The notes beneath the pieces are model-generated. The model ran no database searches. It had not been told where the DNA came from and saw only the letters and a list, made by a program, of their open reading frames with translations. A stretch of 64,000 nucleotides of DNA from the human T2T-CHM13v2.0 reference genome, Homo sapiens, in the NCBI RefSeq assembly GCF_009914755.1, contig NC_060934.1; one strand, 5' to 3'. Shown here one piece after another: positions 57,651 through 64,000 of the stretch (the first letter of the stretch is position 1; every line of letters begins with the position of its first letter). The translations under genes and the position numbers were made by a program.

Positions 57651-58584
57651 CCCAGTCCTCTGGCAGCTGTTAGCATGGACTGAGTACCTCCTATGTGTCT
57701 GACTCTGATCCAGGCACTGAGACACAGATCAGCTCCTGCCCTTTAAGAACACAGGCCAATGGAGGACAAGCACAGTTCTACAACATGAGACAGGCCACGG
57801 TAGAAGCAAGCAAAGGAGGCCTGGGAACACCTGGCTAGTAGGGAAGGCTCTGTGGGGGCTTGGCCTCAAAGCCCAGGGACAGCAGGGGGACCAGTCAGAA
57901 GGAGCCCCAAGTGTCTGGGTGGGAGCGATGGTGTTCCCTGAGATGGGAACCAAGAGGAGAGGCACTTTGGAGGGAAGGCCCAGTGTGGTTTGGGGATATC
58001 CAATAAAAGATGGCCCCTCCTCAAAGTTAGTGGATGCTAGGCTCTGGGATGCAGGGGAGGGTTCTGGGCTTGCTATTGAGGTTTCCCTGGAGGTTGATGT
58101 CACTGGGGGCATGGAGATTACTCAGGCCAGAAGGTGTGTGGGAAGCATGGGGTGTGGGGTACAGAGTACACCACATGGAGAGCCAACATCAGGGGGATTC
58201 CCAAGGGAGAAAGACAAGCCAGGGATCATCCAAGGAGGCAAGACGGGAGGAGTGCAGGGATCTGTGGACCCACCCAGCCCCTTCTGTTCTGAGGTTACAA
58301 TGGGTGATGGCTCTGTGGGGCTGCAATGAGTGGCGGCACGCGCGGAGGGCCAGGGGAGGAGGGACATGCTGTGGGCTCCGGGTTCAGGTCCCAGGACTGA
58401 ATTGGAAGCACCCTGTCTGTGTTGAAGTTCAAGATCTACCACTTCTGTTCCCAGACCTCCCAGTTCTTCCTCACCTTTATGCAATTTCATTTTTGATAAT
58501 TTCAGCTTCCTAAATGTACACATCTGACTTCACTTTCACTCACATGTCTCACCCCCACCCCTCCACCGGCCCCTTCTATTACAG

Positions 58585-59215
58585 ACCCAGGAGACACAGG
58601 AAGTGCAAGGAAGGTCTGGAGCCCCAAAAGCCAGGAGCCTCAGGAGTCAGGTGTCCTGACAGCCAGGAACCCTGACACCCAGGAGCCCTGGCACCCAGGA
58701 ACCCCAACAGCCAGAAGCCTCTACCACCAGGAGCCCTGACAGCAAGGAACCCCGACACCCAGGAGCCCCTACTACAGCCAGGAAGCCAGGAACCCTAACA
58801 CCAGGAGCCCTGACACCCAGTCACCCCGACAGCCAGGAAGCCAACAGCAAGAAGCCTCTACCACCAGGAGCCCTGACAGCAAGGAACCCCGACACCCAGG
58901 AGCCCCTGCTATAGCCAGGAACCCTAACACCCAGGAGCCCCTACAGTCAGGAACCCCGACACCCAGGGGTCCCGACAGCCAGGAACCCCGACACCCAGGG
59001 GTCCCGACAGCCAGGGGCCATTACGGCCAGGAGCCCCGACAGCCAGGGACCTCGACGGCCAGAATCCACTACATCCAGAAGCCCTTATAACCGGGAACCT
59101 CCATAGCCAGGAGCCCCTACAGCCAGGAGCCCCTTCAGCCAGGGAGCCCCGAAAGCCAGGAGCCCCGACAGCCAGGAACCATAACAGCCATGAACCCCGG
59201 GAGCCAGGAGGCCCG
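58585..59215. repeat. Minisatellite of ~16-bp units (ccagga[g/a]ccc[c/t]gaca[g/c]) with higher-order duplications, just upstream of GLRX3
   Basis: Dozens of variant units; 58-bp exact repeat at 58713-58770 and 58850-58907; 32-bp tandem at 58949-59012. Confidence 0.92.
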
Positions 59216-60060
59216 CAGCGGAGTGCCCAGACTTGGCAGGGTCAGAGCCCCCCAGCGGGATCCAGAGCCCGCCGCCGAGGCCCCTTTTGGGATTTCTCAG
59301 GCTCGGCAGCCTCAGCGCAGGCAGGGGCGGGGCTTTCCCTCGCGCAGCCGCTCAGCTCCCCGTGGCCCCGCCCACATCCGGCCGCCGGCACTGGATTGCT
59401 TCTGTCTGGCGGCGGCAGCATGGCGGCGGGGGCGGCTGAGGCAGCTGTAGCGGCCGTGGAGGAGGTCGGCTCAGCCGGGCAGTTTGAGGAGCTGCTGCGC
59501 CTCAAAGCCAAGTAAGCGGGGCGGCGAGCGGTAGGAGTGAGGAGCCGGAGCGGGAGCGGCCGCGAGACCGGGCCGGTGTGGGGCGGCGGGTGGCCCAGCC
59601 TGGCTTCTTGGTGCCCGGCTCCCTTCGGCCTCGGGGGACCGGGCCCGGCGCCACCCGTAGACTCCCCCGAGCCTCCGCGTGAGTGGCCCGAGCCGCAGGT
59701 TCCCCGCCCCGGAACAGCGAGCAGGGCGCGAGGCTCGCCTGGAAGCCCCGGCCCCAGCCCTGGCTCCGACCCCGACGGCTGTCCAAGCCCGGGGGACGCG
59801 ACCTTCCCGGCCTCTGGCCTGGGCGGCCCCGCCGCGGGACGGAGGCGGTGGTGACTCAGCCGTGCCGCAGTGGCGGGGCGGGGGACGGGGCGGCGCCGAG
59901 ACCCCGGCCCTCCGCGCCACGGAGCGGGACCCACGGCTGCGGGCTCCACCTTTCCTGTGCCCGCCGGGAGGGAGCGGCAGGCTCGGCGTCGGCCCATTGC
60001 TCTTCAGCCTCCCTTCAGGAACGCCCCTGTCGCAGGAAGAGCGGCGAGGGAAGGCCCCGT
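59150..60060. promoter_or_regulatory. GLRX3 CpG-island promoter with GC box (59324-59333) overlapping a kB-consensus site GGGGCTTTCC (59329-59338)
   Basis: Very high GC and CpG around exon 1; motifs read directly. Confidence 0.85.
59420..59511 (+). CDS. GLRX3: Glutaredoxin-3 (PICOT) coding exon 1, MAAGAAEAAVAAVEEVGSAGQFEELLRLKA(K)
   Basis: Strong Kozak gcagcATGG; 92 nt then |gtaagc donor; matches recalled GLRX3 N-terminus; intron 1 runs past the window end. Confidence 0.96.
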
Positions 60061-60454
60061 TGCATTAGCTAGGCCTGGCTGCCTTTTGAAGTCAGCCTTT
60101 AAAGTTTGTTGGACAGCAGGTAGCCTCAGTCTTCAGACTTAACCTGTTGCCGGAGACAGAGATTTCCTGTTCCATGAACTGGTGTAGTGAGAGTCTGTTC
60201 AGATTTGGCGCCGGTGTCCAGGTCTTCAATCCCTGGGAAGACTACAAAAGGAGATCCAGAGGAATGCATAGAAAGCGTTTTCTGGGTGGACTAGAAGCTC
60301 TGAACTGCAAGCATGCTTACGAGTAAATGCTTACTAGCGTGCGTGCCTGCAGGGAAAGGTCTGCACGTGGACTCTCCGTGATAATACCACCTCACATTGT
60401 AGACTACTCCAAGGACTGAGTTGTTCTCTTAGTTGTATTATTAGCGGTTGTTAT

Positions 60455-60690
60455 GGGAACTCTTATGTCGGATTGCCTGGGATCCAGTCCCACCGCAGCC
60501 ACTCAGTAGCCATGTAACCCCTGGGCACGTTTCATGCCCAAGCCTCAGTTTCCCGACGGTGACATAGATTAGCACCTGTTAGTACCTCAGGGTTGTTGTG
60601 AGGGTTAAATGAGATGACGTATGTAAAATACAAATAATACAATGCCTAGTATGCAGGAAGCACTCAGTAGATGTTGGCACTTAGTATTTC
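60455..60690 (+). mobile_element. MIR
   Basis: gcctcagtttcc...ggttgttgtgagggttaaatgagatga core. Confidence 0.75.
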
Positions 60691-60695
60691 AGTAG

Positions 60696-63011
<2,316 letters not shown>

Positions 63012-64000
63012 TTAAAATTTGACATGAATTGAAATTTTTTTCTTTTAAGTAGTTGAATCAGATATTTACATAAGTTGCTGAAATCTCAGCTGGTTTGTAC
63101 AATGGGGTTATTAATATCCATTTGCAGAGTAAGCAGGTTTAGTATATGATATGTTTAATAAGCAGTAGCTGGTATCTGCAGATGAATGTAGTAGCAGAAT
63201 ACTATAATAATTGAAAAACAACTATTTGCTGATGAAGAGCTGAAGTTTATTACATTGTCTAAAGTTACATTAGTCAGGATTTGAATGTGGTTTTTGTCTG
63301 ATGGTTTTTCTCCAACAATGCTCCAGGCATATGGGGCTATCCATTAAGATGGAAAGAATACTGTAACATGTAATCCAAAAGGGGATAACGTTTATATTTG
63401 TTTCAGATATAGTATGTCCTTATAATATTGGACATTATGTGCTTAATTGAGAAATGGAAGGTAAGCATTAAATAGGAGAATATTGTGGATAATTTCAACT
63501 AACAATATCATGTTTTAATGTTTTCAAATGTTTTATATTTTTGTTTCATCTTCTCAACATCCCAGAGTGTTGGTTATTGCTGTTTTACAGATGTGGAAGT
63601 TAAATTACTCTTCAAAACCATGTTAGTAATAATGAAACTGAAATGAATTCAGTTTCTATGGCATACTTTCTTCTTTTCTTTTTTACTTATTTGGGCTCAT
63701 ACTATTATAAAGTTTGGTAACCTACTTTAATTTTTGAAAAATGTAGTTATATTAGTATTTTCCTGTGGCGTTGAAAGTTCTTTGAAAATTTGATTTGTAA
63801 TGGCTTTATGTTTTCTTATGACCATTTAAAAACTATTATTGAGCATCAGAAATTTTTCTGATTTGCTACGTAAAGTAGTGGGAAAATATCCATGTACAGA
63901 AAATCTTTGTCTCTTAATTACTTCCTTAGGATTGATACTTATGTGTAAGAAATTTCTGAAAGGTCCCAATTTAATTTTTACCAGCAGGACATGAAAGTAC

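Noticed and set aside
58585-59215. Repeat array as CRISPR-like or coding repeat
   Set aside because: No unique spacers, eukaryotic context, no long ORF; an ordinary minisatellite architecture
59190-60142. Long GC-rich ORFs (up to 251 aa) around GLRX3 exon 1, and similar ORFs at 33.3-34.6 kb
   Set aside because: Expected stop-codon scarcity in CpG islands; low-complexity Arg/Gly/Pro composition
60309-60332. Imperfect palindrome aagcatgcttacgagtaaatgctt
   Set aside because: Too short and imperfect to distinguish from chance

Overview
Primate (human-like) genomic DNA that I recognise from protein sequence as the C10orf143–GLRX3 interval (human 10q26.3). The minus strand carries C10orf143 coding exons 1-3 (33695-33763, 1068-1232, 897-959). 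Its 32-kb intron 1 holds old L1M fragments, a decayed full-length L1PA7/8-like element, many Alus and an antisense, intronless cTAGE5/MIA2 retrocopy (CTAGE7P locus) whose 811-codon ORF is intact. GLRX3 exon 1 (59420-59511, +) lies in a CpG island directly downstream of a 16-bp-unit minisatellite. The most unexpected signal lies between the two genes (about 47.1-58.5 kb, minus strand). It is a chain of about a dozen exon-like segments with mostly canonical splice sites, partly compatible phases and translations resembling RGS domains (RGS22-like), disrupted by stops, frameshifts, a THE1B LTR and an Alu monomer. I read it as a probable unitary pseudogene lying head-to-head with GLRX3. Also present are a ~70-bp mitochondrial tRNA-Gln/Met NUMT and a PPIA processed pseudogene nested in one LTR, an AluYb8 nested in an older Alu, and several solo LTRs. 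Gene names, repeat families and protein similarities come from my recall of known sequences, not from database searches. Repeat boundaries are approximate.
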